Assembly: GCA_963786105.1 (NCBI GenBank) | Contig: CAWAXX010000018.1 | Coordinates: forward strand, 32,001 to 96,000 | Source of the DNA: Vulcanimicrobiota bacterium | GTDB taxonomy: Bacteria; Vulcanimicrobiota; Vulcanimicrobiia; Vulcanimicrobiales; Vulcanimicrobiaceae | Direction: 5' to 3' | DNA length: 64,000 bases | Part shown: piece by piece, positions 20,501 to 29,322 of the stretch | Numbering within the stretch: the first letter of the stretch is position 1 | Layout of the letters: every line of letters begins with the position of its first letter | The notes under the pieces: generated by a model | Seen by the model: only the letters and a program-made list of their open reading frames with translations | Databases searched by the model: none | What the model was told of the DNA's origin: nothing | Translations under genes and position numbers: made by a program

Positions 20501-21075
20501 TAGCCGACTTGATCGAAGTCGCCGCCTCGAATGTGTACCGTCTGGAACCAGCCTTGCTCGCCCTGGTCGAGGTTCACGCCGGGAACCGATGCAACCGCAC
20601 CGTAGGCGTTATTAAGGCTGCCCGGTCCGGTCAGACCTTGCGCCGCCCGCTGACCGGCAGCATTTACGGAGTAAACGTCGCTGGTTTGTCCGGCTTTAAC
20701 GAGATTTGCAGCGGCCTGCGACGTCACGTGAGCGATCGTCTGAAGCGATTTCACCATCGCGACGTTGAAGGTTTGCACCTGATCGGCAAAGACCGATAGT
20801 CCCGGCTGTGCTTGCGGATCGTATCCCGCTTTGGCGAAGGTAATCGTATATGTGTCGGGCGCGAGCGAGAGGAAGCGATAAGCCCCTCCCGCATCCGTCG
20901 TCGACGTCGCGGTTTGCGAAGGAGCAGTCGCCGTAACCACAACGCCGGCGACCGGAACTTGCGTCTGCGCGTCGACGACCCTGCCGGTGATCCCACCGGT
21001 GGTACCTGCCACGGAGTGCAATGGCAAGAGCGCGGCCATCAAGAGGGCCGCCGGGATCGATCTCATAGCGCGCAT
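17582..21075 (-). pseudogene. TonB-dependent receptor with carboxypeptidase-regulatory-like N domain (about 1160 aa), split by a 1-nt frameshift near 18095
   Basis: Signal peptide, GTTGGITGRV, IRGG plug motif, EPRLG..Y, barrel strands; ORF 17582..17956 supplies the barrel C-terminus. Confidence 0.85.
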
Positions 21076-21506
21076 CGTGAGAGCTCCTCGTTGCAAGGGG
21101 AGAACCTTAAGAGTTTGTTATTGCCTGACGGCCGCTTGCCCCTCTTACTTAAGAAGCGTCTTAATATCGTCGTACGACCGCGCACGATTTCGGCGTGGGC
21201 GCCGGCACCGGCGAGTGCGATCGTCGTGATCGCATTTTGGGACGAATCGCACGCTGTTAGGGTTGCTCGCGAGGATTTGGTCGCTCGCCGTGCTACGCGA
21301 ACCCGCATCCGCGTCAGTGTGCTGGAATACGCCCGTCTGGGAGCGCGCTCGTCGTTCCACCCACGCTCCTGGCGAACGTGCCACGGCTCTGGGCGATTCG
21401 ATGACGGCGGCGATCCCGCGGGGCGAGAACACCACGGACGGCAGAAGCAATTGGCTTGCGGGCGCAAAGACTCTAGCCCAAAAGGGACGTTCGCGCTTCT
21501 TCACGA

Positions 21507-21534
21507 ATGCAGTAAAACTGTTATTATATTGCAT
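21507..21534. other. dif-like Xer recombination site ATGCAGTAAAA-CTGTTA-TTATATTGCAT
   Basis: 11-6-11 layout, arms 9/11 complementary, AT-rich in a GC-rich genome, 23 bp upstream of a Xer gene. Confidence 0.7.
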
Positions 21535-21557
21535 AGGCTGAAGGGGGCACCGATGCG

Positions 21558-22511
21558 ATGAAGCCTCGAGAAAAGCGCGTTTTCCGGCCTGTCGTCGACC
21601 CGCTGGTCCTCGACCTGATGACCTACCTGCGGTTGGAGCGTAATCGCAGCCAGCTGACCGTAGAAGCCTACGCTCGCGACCTTCAGGAGTTCGGCGCGTT
21701 CCTTGCCGGCGTTCCGGCTTCGGAGTCGCCGGTCGGCCGCGAGTATCCCGCCTTACGCGAGGTGACGACGTCCGACGTGCGCCAGTACGTCATGCGGCTG
21801 GCGGGCGCGAAGCGCTACGACATGCGGACGGTCCGGCGCAAGCTCTCGTCGATCAAGGCGCTCTACCGCTACTTGAAGCTCATGGGCGTGCGAGCCGACG
21901 ACCCCGCGTCGATCGTTTCGGGCCCCAAGATCGAGCGGAAGCTTCCGGAACATTTGGGCGAGTCGGACGTCCGTACGCTGCTGCGGGCGACGCTGGCCGG
22001 CCGCTCGGACGTCCAGCGGCGGCGCGATCTGGCCATCATGGAGTTGCTCTACGCGAGCGGGATCCGGCGGGCCGAAGTAACGACCATCGACCTCAAAGAC
22101 GTGGATTTGACCGCCCGCGAAATTCGCGTTCACGGCAAAGGGAGCAAGGAACGGGTGGTCGTTTTCAACCGAAGTGCGGCCAAGGCGATTGAAGCGTACC
22201 TGCGCGTGCGGCTGCACAGCCGCGACGAAGCACTCTTTCTCGGACGCGGAGGCAAGCGGCTGACTCCAATGCACGTCTGGCGCATTTTCCGCGACCTTTA
22301 TAAGGTTAGCGGCATCGATCAGCACGCCAGTCCGCACACGCTGCGACACTCGTTCGCCACCCATCTCGCCGAGAACGACGTCGATCTCGAGACGATCCGC
22401 GAATTTCTCGGCCACGAGAGCCTCGCGACGACCGGCATTTATTTGAAGATGTCGATGCAACACAAGAAACGCGCCTACGACAAGGCCCACCCTCGCGACC
22501 GCATGGACTAG
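21558..22511 (+). CDS. XerC/XerD-family tyrosine recombinase
   Basis: RDLAIMELLYASGIR, GKGSKER, HTLRHSFATH, LGHESLATTGIY: complete R-K-H-R-H-Y catalytic set. Confidence 0.93.
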   Translation: MKPREKRVFRPVVDPLVLDLMTYLRLERNRSQLTVEAYARDLQEFGAFLAGVPASESPVGREYPALREVTTSDVRQYVMRLAGAKRYDMRTVRRKLSSIKALYRYLKLMGVRADDPASIVSGPKIERKLPEHLGESDVRTLLRATLAGRSDVQRRRDLAIMELLYASGIRRAEVTTIDLKDVDLTAREIRVHGKGSKERVVVFNRSAAKAIEAYLRVRLHSRDEALFLGRGGKRLTPMHVWRIFRDLYKVSGIDQHASPHTLRHSFATHLAENDVDLETIREFLGHESLATTGIYLKMSMQHKKRAYDKAHPRDRMD

Positions 22512-22570
22512 GGGGTAATGATCCGGTCCCAGGAATCGACCCGCAGCACTCACTAAAGGGCGTCCACGAA

Positions 22571-24235
22571 ATGAAAGCTTCAGAAGACGCTCGCTCTCGT
22601 TTATCGCGCGAGGATTTCTTGCGAGCGGGTGCAGTACTCTCGGCGACCGCAGCCGTCGGATCCGCGGCGGTTCCAACGAAAACGCCCGCGCAGGAGATCG
22701 GGCCTTCTTCTTCCACGGCAAGGGCGAATCGTGCCGAGTCGATTCGGTGCGATGCGGCGCGAAACTATCTGGCTACGGCGTTGCCGCCGCCGGCGACGAA
22801 CGGCGACGACGAACGTTACGCCGACCGGCGCGCGAGCTTTACGAAAACGCTTCCGAGCAACGATTTTGGCGAGGTGGACCCGCCGGCATACGAGGCGTTG
22901 CTGGCGGCCTTCAGAAGTGCTGAGCCAACCGACTTCGAGCGGCTGCAACAGGCACCGGGCTGTTCGACGAAATTGAACAACCCACAGGCCGCCTTCGCCT
23001 TCGATCTCACGGGGGTCGACTCACACGCTACCCGCATCGTGCCTCCGCCCGCGTTTGCCAGTGCGGCGGCCGCTTCCGACATGGCCGAGGTGTACTGGCG
23101 CGCACTCGTGCGCGACGTCCCGTTTCGAGCGTACGAAGAGAGCCTGCCGATTTCCGCCGCCGTCGCCGATCTCAACGCGTTCTCGGTTCCGTCGAGCGCC
23201 GCGCTCGGGAAAGTGTCGCCATCCACGATTTTTCGTGGCGACGCCGCCGGCTCCCGGGTCGGGCCGTATCTCAGCCAGTTTCTTTGGCTGGAGATTCCTT
23301 ACGGCATCGCGCGCATCGAGCAGCGCTATCGTTTCCCAGCGCGACGCCAACAGTTCCTCACGGAAATGGCGGAATGGCTGGCATGCCAGCGTGGGCAGCG
23401 GCCGACCACCAAGCTTCAGTTCGACGCGAACCCGCGCTTCATTTCGAGTTTCCGGGAACTCGCCGAATACGTGCACCAGGATTTCAGCTACCAGCCGTAC
23501 CTCAGCGCGGCGCTCACGATTCTGCAGTGGGGGCTCGACGCGATGTCGCCGACCAATCCGTACCGCTCGTACAAGGTGGAGTTCGGCGACATCACGTTTG
23601 GAAATAAGAACGTGCTGACGCTCCTCGCTCAGGCGGCGTTGATCGCGCAAAAGGGCGCCTGGTATCAGAAGTGGCTCTTGCATCGTCGCGCCCGCCCGGA
23701 AGTCTACGCCGCGCGCGTGGAACTGCAGGCGCGCGGCCTTCGGCAGTACGGGGTCTCGCAAGAAATCGTCGAGAGTGCCGCCGTCGCGCGTACGCAATCC
23801 GCCTACGGAACGCGCCTGCTTCCGCTGGCGTATCCCGAAGGCTGCCCGACGCATCCGTCGTATCCGGCCGCCCATGCCGCCACTGCCGGCGCGTGCATCA
23901 CGGTCCTCAAGGCGTTCTTCAATGCCGATTTTCCAATTCCGAACCCGGTGCAGGCGACGCCCGACGGTTCCGCACTCGAACCGTGGAAGGCCTCCGAACT
24001 GACGCTCGGCAACGAACTCGACAAGCTCGCTGCCAACGTCGCGCTCGGGCGAGATGCCGCCGGCGTGCACTTCCGTTCCGACAGCATGCAAGGGATGCTC
24101 GTCGGCGAGCAGCAAGCGCTCGGGCTTCTTGCCGACTATAGCCGAACCTACAACGAGCGCTTTGAGGGGTTCGCCTTTACCACGCTCGACGGTGGCCGCG
24201 TGCTCGTAACGCGGGGCGAGATTCGCCGCACCTAG
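22571..24235 (+). CDS. Vanadium-dependent haloperoxidase with Tat-like leader
   Basis: WYQKWLLHRRARPE, HPSYPAAHA, GRDAAGVHFRSD; N-terminal SREDFL followed by a hydrophobic stretch. Confidence 0.85.
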   Translation: MKASEDARSRLSREDFLRAGAVLSATAAVGSAAVPTKTPAQEIGPSSSTARANRAESIRCDAARNYLATALPPPATNGDDERYADRRASFTKTLPSNDFGEVDPPAYEALLAAFRSAEPTDFERLQQAPGCSTKLNNPQAAFAFDLTGVDSHATRIVPPPAFASAAAASDMAEVYWRALVRDVPFRAYEESLPISAAVADLNAFSVPSSAALGKVSPSTIFRGDAAGSRVGPYLSQFLWLEIPYGIARIEQRYRFPARRQQFLTEMAEWLACQRGQRPTTKLQFDANPRFISSFRELAEYVHQDFSYQPYLSAALTILQWGLDAMSPTNPYRSYKVEFGDITFGNKNVLTLLAQAALIAQKGAWYQKWLLHRRARPEVYAARVELQARGLRQYGVSQEIVESAAVARTQSAYGTRLLPLAYPEGCPTHPSYPAAHAATAGACITVLKAFFNADFPIPNPVQATPDGSALEPWKASELTLGNELDKLAANVALGRDAAGVHFRSDSMQGMLVGEQQALGLLADYSRTYNERFEGFAFTTLDGGRVLVTRGEIRRT

Positions 24236-24239
24236 CGCC

Positions 24240-25121
24240 TTAGGAGGGGCGCTCCCACCGCGGACACGTTACGACCCAAGCGTCGAGGTTGAGATGCTTG
24301 AGCAGCGCGGTTTCGCCGTAACCTTCGGTCTTGGGGCAGACTTTGCGGACGAAGTGCGATTTGGACGTTCCGTACTCGATGTCAACGACCAGACGGTTTG
24401 CATCGGTATACGGCGTAAATACGCCGCACCAGCCCTGGGCGTAGCATTGCTCGAGCACGGCCCAGTCGAAACTCGCGCGCAGCAGACCGATCTGATCGCC
24501 GTCGTTCTTCTGGGCTGCCGAGAGGCCCACGGCGTGCACGGCTTTGGCGACCCAGCGATCGTAGGTCACTTGCTGGGACCCGGTCAGCTTGAATCCCGTG
24601 CGATTTTGATAACCGTCGATGTTGTCGGGATCGACTGCATCGAAGCCCTTGTCTTTGCACATTTCGAAGCGCGCGCTCATGATCGGCTCCAACACCGAGT
24701 GCTGCCGAATGTCCAGCCAGCGTTCGCCGGGCCAATGGCCGTCGGGTTTGCCCAGAACGCGCTTAGGAAACTTCCTGGCATCCGGGCGCCAGTTCTCCCA
24801 AGTGCCGACGTCGATATAGCATACGACGTGCACGCCTTTGCCGTGCAACGCCGCGACCGTCGCCGCCGGCGTATCGAAGCCGTCGACGTCGTAGACGGCC
24901 GCCTTCACCGTGGTGTCGAGCTTGCGGCCGCCGTACTGAATCGCGAACGTCGTGCCGGCCGGCGGAATCCACCGGCTCGCAGATCGATACTGCCGGGCGG
25001 CGAGCGTCGCGGCGGAGGTGCCTGGAAGCGGAACCGGCGCCGCGCGGAAACCGCTTCCGCAGCCTGCCAGGGTCAGGGTAACGGCGGGGACGAGCGCGAG
25101 AGGGCGAGCGGACATAGACAT
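24240..25121 (-). CDS. GH114 endo-alpha-1,4-polygalactosaminidase-like lipoprotein
   Basis: Lipobox LAGC; CYIDVGTWENWRPD, WPGERWLDIR, KGFDAVDPDNIDGY, QKN, EQC. Confidence 0.87.
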   Translation of the reverse strand: MSMSARPLALVPAVTLTLAGCGSGFRAAPVPLPGTSAATLAARQYRSASRWIPPAGTTFAIQYGGRKLDTTVKAAVYDVDGFDTPAATVAALHGKGVHVVCYIDVGTWENWRPDARKFPKRVLGKPDGHWPGERWLDIRQHSVLEPIMSARFEMCKDKGFDAVDPDNIDGYQNRTGFKLTGSQQVTYDRWVAKAVHAVGLSAAQKNDGDQIGLLRASFDWAVLEQCYAQGWCGVFTPYTDANRLVVDIEYGTSKSHFVRKVCPKTEGYGETALLKHLNLDAWVVTCPRWERPS

Positions 25122-25145
25122 GATGACGAGCTATTCTGTTTCCAT

Positions 25146-25868
25146 ATGCTCAAGGCCATCGCTCTTCTTCTCTTGGTCCTGGCGCCGGCCGGCTGCGCCA
25201 ACGCGTCTCCGTACGCGACCACCATCGGCATGCTTCCGCCCGGCGAAACGCTGACCGTGCGCGTCGCGAACGCCACCGTCAGCGCTTTCCAGCCGGCGGC
25301 CGGACAGCCGCGCGATCGATTCGCTATCGCCGCGACGGCGATCGCGAAGGCGTCGCCGCCGCCGGCACCTCACGTGCGAGCCGTCCCCGGCCGCGGCGTC
25401 ACCGTCGACGCCGACCGTCCGCTGGCCGACCTCTTGGTGCGCGTCCCCGACGGCGTCACGCTGATCGTCGACTCTCGCCAAGGCGACGTGCACGTTACCG
25501 ATATTTCCGGCAACGCCCGCATCGTAGCGATGCAGGGAGACGTTCAAGCGATGCTGCCCGGATACGCCGACGTGCGGGCCGGCCGTGGCAACGTCAGGGT
25601 AACCATGGGATCCGTCGGATGGCCTGGAACGTTGCACTTTTCGACCGGTGAAGGCAACGTTGAGGTATGGATCAACGAGCGGGCGGCGTTCAACGTGCAT
25701 CTGCACACCGACCGTGGAACGCTGTTCACGGATTTCGATCTGCGCGGGACGTCGCAGGGTAGTTCCGAAACCATCGACGGCAGCGTCAATGGCGGTGGCG
25801 CGCACGGCATCGACATCGAAACGTCAGCCGGGGCGATTCGGCTACTTCGCCTCCACCCGCAGGCGTGA
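25146..25868 (+). CDS. DUF4097-like beta-strand-repeat lipoprotein
   Basis: MLKAIALLLLVLAPAGC lipoprotein leader; repeated S/T-x-x-G-D/N-V units. Confidence 0.75.
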   Translation: MLKAIALLLLVLAPAGCANASPYATTIGMLPPGETLTVRVANATVSAFQPAAGQPRDRFAIAATAIAKASPPPAPHVRAVPGRGVTVDADRPLADLLVRVPDGVTLIVDSRQGDVHVTDISGNARIVAMQGDVQAMLPGYADVRAGRGNVRVTMGSVGWPGTLHFSTGEGNVEVWINERAAFNVHLHTDRGTLFTDFDLRGTSQGSSETIDGSVNGGGAHGIDIETSAGAIRLLRLHPQA

Positions 25869-26783
25869 CAATAACGTCTCGCGCGCCTTAATCAATCGAA
25901 CCATGGCGTCGTTGTAAGGCGTCGGCGTACCGGTGCGCCTCCCGAACGCCACCACCGCGCCGTTAATGTGATCGATCTCGCTGGGATGTCCGGATTCCAA
26001 GTCGTAGGCCATCGAGCTCTTCGCGTCGGCGCCGAGCGCGATTACTTCGGTCACGTACTGCCAAGGATTGACGAAGGGAAGATTGATCTTGAGGGCGGCC
26101 GCTACGCCGGCCGCTTCTTCTGCCAAGGCTTCGGCCAAACGCGCCGCGTTGGGATCGTTCGGAATCGCTCCGGTGTCGCAATCGAGCAACGCCGATAACG
26201 CGTTGATCGCGGCGTTCGCGACGAGCTTTCCCCACAGGTGCGGACGGATGTCGTACACCACCGATGCTTGCAGTCCGCTGCGCGTCAAGAGATCGGCGAC
26301 CATGCGCGACGTCGTGGGCGTCGCCGAGGTCGAGCCGATGATCGAATGCCCCTCGCCCGAAACCCGCACGCGTCCCGCTCCAACCGTTTGCGACGATTCG
26401 GTCGTAATACCGAGAATCACCGCGACTTCTCCGCCGAGGGCGGTTTTGATCGCGTCTTCGTTGCCAACGCCGTTTTGCAGCGAGACGATCGGCGCTCCGG
26501 GGTTCAACTCGCCCGCAAAGGGGCGCAGCGCCCTTAGCGTGTCGACCGCCTTGACGAACAAAAAGAGCACCTGCGATCCGTAAAGGTCGCGTGGGTTACG
26601 CGCGATTTCGACCCGCCGCGGCGGTAAGTCGTTAACCGACAGGCCGTCGCGCGCGATGGCTTCGTTCAGCGCCGTGCTGCTATCCAGCATCGTAATATGG
26701 CAATGCTCGGCAAGGTGGAACCCGAAGAGCGTCCCCATCGCGCCCGCCCCGATAATCCCCACCCGCATCCTGGCGGTCACCAC
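25842..26783 (-). CDS. panE: 2-dehydropantoate 2-reductase
   Basis: GAGAMG, VKA, LQNGVG, WGKLVANAAIN, SSMAYD, EIDHING. Confidence 0.93.
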   Translation of the reverse strand: MVTARMRVGIIGAGAMGTLFGFHLAEHCHITMLDSSTALNEAIARDGLSVNDLPPRRVEIARNPRDLYGSQVLFLFVKAVDTLRALRPFAGELNPGAPIVSLQNGVGNEDAIKTALGGEVAVILGITTESSQTVGAGRVRVSGEGHSIIGSTSATPTTSRMVADLLTRSGLQASVVYDIRPHLWGKLVANAAINALSALLDCDTGAIPNDPNAARLAEALAEEAAGVAAALKINLPFVNPWQYVTEVIALGADAKSSMAYDLESGHPSEIDHINGAVVAFGRRTGTPTPYNDAMVRLIKARETLLSRLRVEAK

Positions 26784-26888
26784 GCAGCCATCAACCGAGT
26801 ATCAGGACAAATGCTCGGGGGCCGAAGGCCGGGGGCCCCGGCGGCTTTGCCGACGGGGGGCGAGGAGCGCGAAGCGCGGATTCGCCTT

Positions 26889-28484
26889 TCAAAGCGTGTA
26901 CTGGAAGCCGAAGGTGTTGCGGCGGCTCGCGTGCGTCATATCGCGCTGGCCGAAAAACAACTCGGCGTTCTTGGTCACGTGAATATTTCCATACAAATCG
27001 ATCATCGGATACGTTAAGTCGTAAATGCGCGTCTCGAGGCCGAAGCCTTTGAGCGCGTTGACCTGCGCCATCACGCCGATTTGCGAATAGAGGACGCCCC
27101 CGCCGAAACGAAAGCCGCTGTCCGAGCCTTTGAGCAAGACGGCGTTCCAGGTCGTGTTGTTGCCGATGGAGTTCGCGCCAACCATTAAGCTCGTCGATGC
27201 GTGCGGCAACACTACCAGGTTTATGTCGCCAAGCGGGCCTTGGCTCTCGGTCATCACCGGGTTGAGGCCTGCCGACTGCTGCACCGAGAGGCCGCTGATG
27301 CGCAGTTGTATTGCCACCAAGTTGTGCAAGACGTTTTCGAGCTTGCCCTGCAGATGCTTGCGCGACTCCGGCGTCATCGCGTTGGCAGGCGCCTCGCCGC
27401 CGGCGGCGGAGCTCGACGCCGTCGGCAGTTGTCCCGATGGCACCGGATAGGGCGAACCTTGCGGGACGACGACCGGAGCGGGCGTCGCGCCGGCATCGAC
27501 GCCGTACACGCTGCTGGTTCCGCCTAATTCGCCCAGTAGCGAGTTGGCCTTTTGCAGCGTGGCGTCGAGATTGGCGATCGTGTCGCGCATTTGCGCTTGG
27601 GTTTGCGGATTGCCGGTGACCGTCCGCAGGTCTTTGGTTAGCTGTGCCAGCGTCTGCGTAGCGTCGGCGATGCTTTGCGTGGTGGTCAGCACGTTGCTCT
27701 TGAGTTGCGGGTCGGTAGCCAGGCCCTGCAGCGCGCCCATCGATTTGTTGAGTGCCACCGACGTAGCCTCCAACTGATCGAGCAAACGATCGACTTTCTT
27801 AGAGTCTTTCGTTGCGGTACCGTTGAGCGTGTCGGTGAGCTGCACGACGTTGGTCCCGGCGACGGAAAGGTCGCCTTGCAGACTCGAGCCGAGCGCCAGC
27901 AACTCCGCCGAAAGCTGACGCATCGAGTCCTTCGTCGTCAACGTGAGTTGGTTAGCGTTGTCCAACGTGGTCTGGAGCGTATTAAGTAGCTTCGGCGTGC
28001 GGGCTTCGAGCTCCGACATGACGACGTCGAAGCGTTTCACTTCACCCTGGCCCTGCTGCAGCAAGTCGGCGATCGTTGCCGTGTTCGTGCCTTGAGGCTG
28101 TTGAGCGACGGGCAATACTTGGCGGGGGAGCATCGCGTTGGGCGGCTGCGCCCCTGCCGGCGGCACGATCACCAAGCTCGGCGAGCCCGTGAGCGGCGCT
28201 TGGATCAAGAATTTCGACGCGGCAGGAATGTCGATGTCGCGATTAACCGCCAGGATGACGTCGACCGTATTGTCGGGCAACAAGGCGATCGAGTCCACCG
28301 AGCCGACGCCCACGCCGCTGAAATACACCACGGCGCCCGGCGTAAGGCCGGCAGCCGACCTGAAGTGAACGCCCACGCGGTAACCAGTATGGCGCGTGCC
28401 GAAGTCGGTGATGACGTAGAACACTCCGAAGAGCAGCAGCAACGCGACGATGGCGAACGCGCCGACTTGAGCCTGCCTAGTCAT
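26889..28484 (-). CDS. mlaD: MlaD/MCE protein with long helical stalk and putative C-terminal beta-barrel
   Basis: QVGAF TM anchor, AAGL..GA.V.FSGV.VGSV MCE motif, heptad-rich middle, amphipathic-strand C-terminus. Confidence 0.85.
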   Translation of the reverse strand: MTRQAQVGAFAIVALLLLFGVFYVITDFGTRHTGYRVGVHFRSAAGLTPGAVVYFSGVGVGSVDSIALLPDNTVDVILAVNRDIDIPAASKFLIQAPLTGSPSLVIVPPAGAQPPNAMLPRQVLPVAQQPQGTNTATIADLLQQGQGEVKRFDVVMSELEARTPKLLNTLQTTLDNANQLTLTTKDSMRQLSAELLALGSSLQGDLSVAGTNVVQLTDTLNGTATKDSKKVDRLLDQLEATSVALNKSMGALQGLATDPQLKSNVLTTTQSIADATQTLAQLTKDLRTVTGNPQTQAQMRDTIANLDATLQKANSLLGELGGTSSVYGVDAGATPAPVVVPQGSPYPVPSGQLPTASSSAAGGEAPANAMTPESRKHLQGKLENVLHNLVAIQLRISGLSVQQSAGLNPVMTESQGPLGDINLVVLPHASTSLMVGANSIGNNTTWNAVLLKGSDSGFRFGGGVLYSQIGVMAQVNALKGFGLETRIYDLTYPMIDLYGNIHVTKNAELFFGQRDMTHASRRNTFGFQYTL

Positions 28485-28562
28485 AGCTTCTTCGTATTAT
28501 CCCTCCGTGAAAAAGTGCCTCGTAGCTCGCGATGGTTAAGGGAGCTGGCAAGAACCAGCCCC

Positions 28563-29318
28563 TTAAATCGGGATCGGCCCAACTTCGGACCCCTGCATGA
28601 ACTGCTGGACGATCGGATTATTCGAACGCCGGATCGCGTCGACCGTGTCGTAAGCGATGATCGCACCTTCGAACAGCATCGCGACGTAATCCGCCATGAT
28701 GAAGATCGACTGCAGATCGTGGGAGATGACGACCGCCGTGCCGTTGAGCTTCCGGCGCAGCTTCACGATCGTATTGGTGATCAGGTGGGTGACGATAGGG
28801 TCGAGCCCGGTCGTCGGTTCGTCGTAAAGAATCAGATCGGGCCTGGTGACGATGGCGCGCGCGAAGCCGGCACGCTTGAGCATGCCGCCTGAGAGCTCGC
28901 TCGGCAGATTGTCGTACGTGTTCTCCAGACCCACGCTATCGAGCGCGTCCATCACCAGTTTGCGAATTTCCGCCGCCGGGAGGGCGGTATGCTCCTGCAG
29001 TGGCAGCGCGATGTTGTCACCCACGCTGAGGCTATCCAGCAGCGCGGCAAACTGAAAGGCGAGGCTGATCCTTTGCCGGGTGGGAATCAGCTGCTCTTCC
29101 GTCATGTGGCAGATGTCCTTGCCGCGCAAATACACGTGGCCGGATTGCGGGCGAATGAGGCCGTCCAGCAGGCGGAGGATCGTCGACTTGCCGGCACCCG
29201 AGAGCCCGACGATGCAGGTAATCGCGCCCTCGACGATGTCGAGAGTGCAGTTCTTGAGCACGACCCGTTCGCCGAACGCCAGCGAAACGTCGTCGAGCTG
29301 GGCGATCAACTTGGCCAC
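28563..29318 (-). CDS. mlaF: MlaF/Mkl-type ABC ATPase
   Basis: GLSGAGKS, ELSGGMLKR, YDEPTTGLDP. Confidence 0.9.
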   Translation of the reverse strand: MAKLIAQLDDVSLAFGERVVLKNCTLDIVEGAITCIVGLSGAGKSTILRLLDGLIRPQSGHVYLRGKDICHMTEEQLIPTRQRISLAFQFAALLDSLSVGDNIALPLQEHTALPAAEIRKLVMDALDSVGLENTYDNLPSELSGGMLKRAGFARAIVTRPDLILYDEPTTGLDPIVTHLITNTIVKLRRKLNGTAVVISHDLQSIFIMADYVAMLFEGAIIAYDTVDAIRRSNNPIVQQFMQGSEVGPIPI

Positions 29319-29322
29319 GCCG

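Noticed and set aside
22549..22560. CTCACTAAAGGG match to the 3' part of the phage T3 promoter (possible vector contamination)
   Set aside because: Only 12 nt match, the upstream ATTAACC is missing, and there is no vector context; probably chance
21558..25868. Prophage or integrative element driven by the tyrosine recombinase
   Set aside because: No phage, conjugation or replication genes, no second att copy seen, and the protein is Xer-like in size and motifs
26810..26888. GC-rich hairpins between mlaD and panE as an ncRNA
   Set aside because: Single occurrence with no recognisable family; a terminator or stabilising hairpin is sufficient explanation
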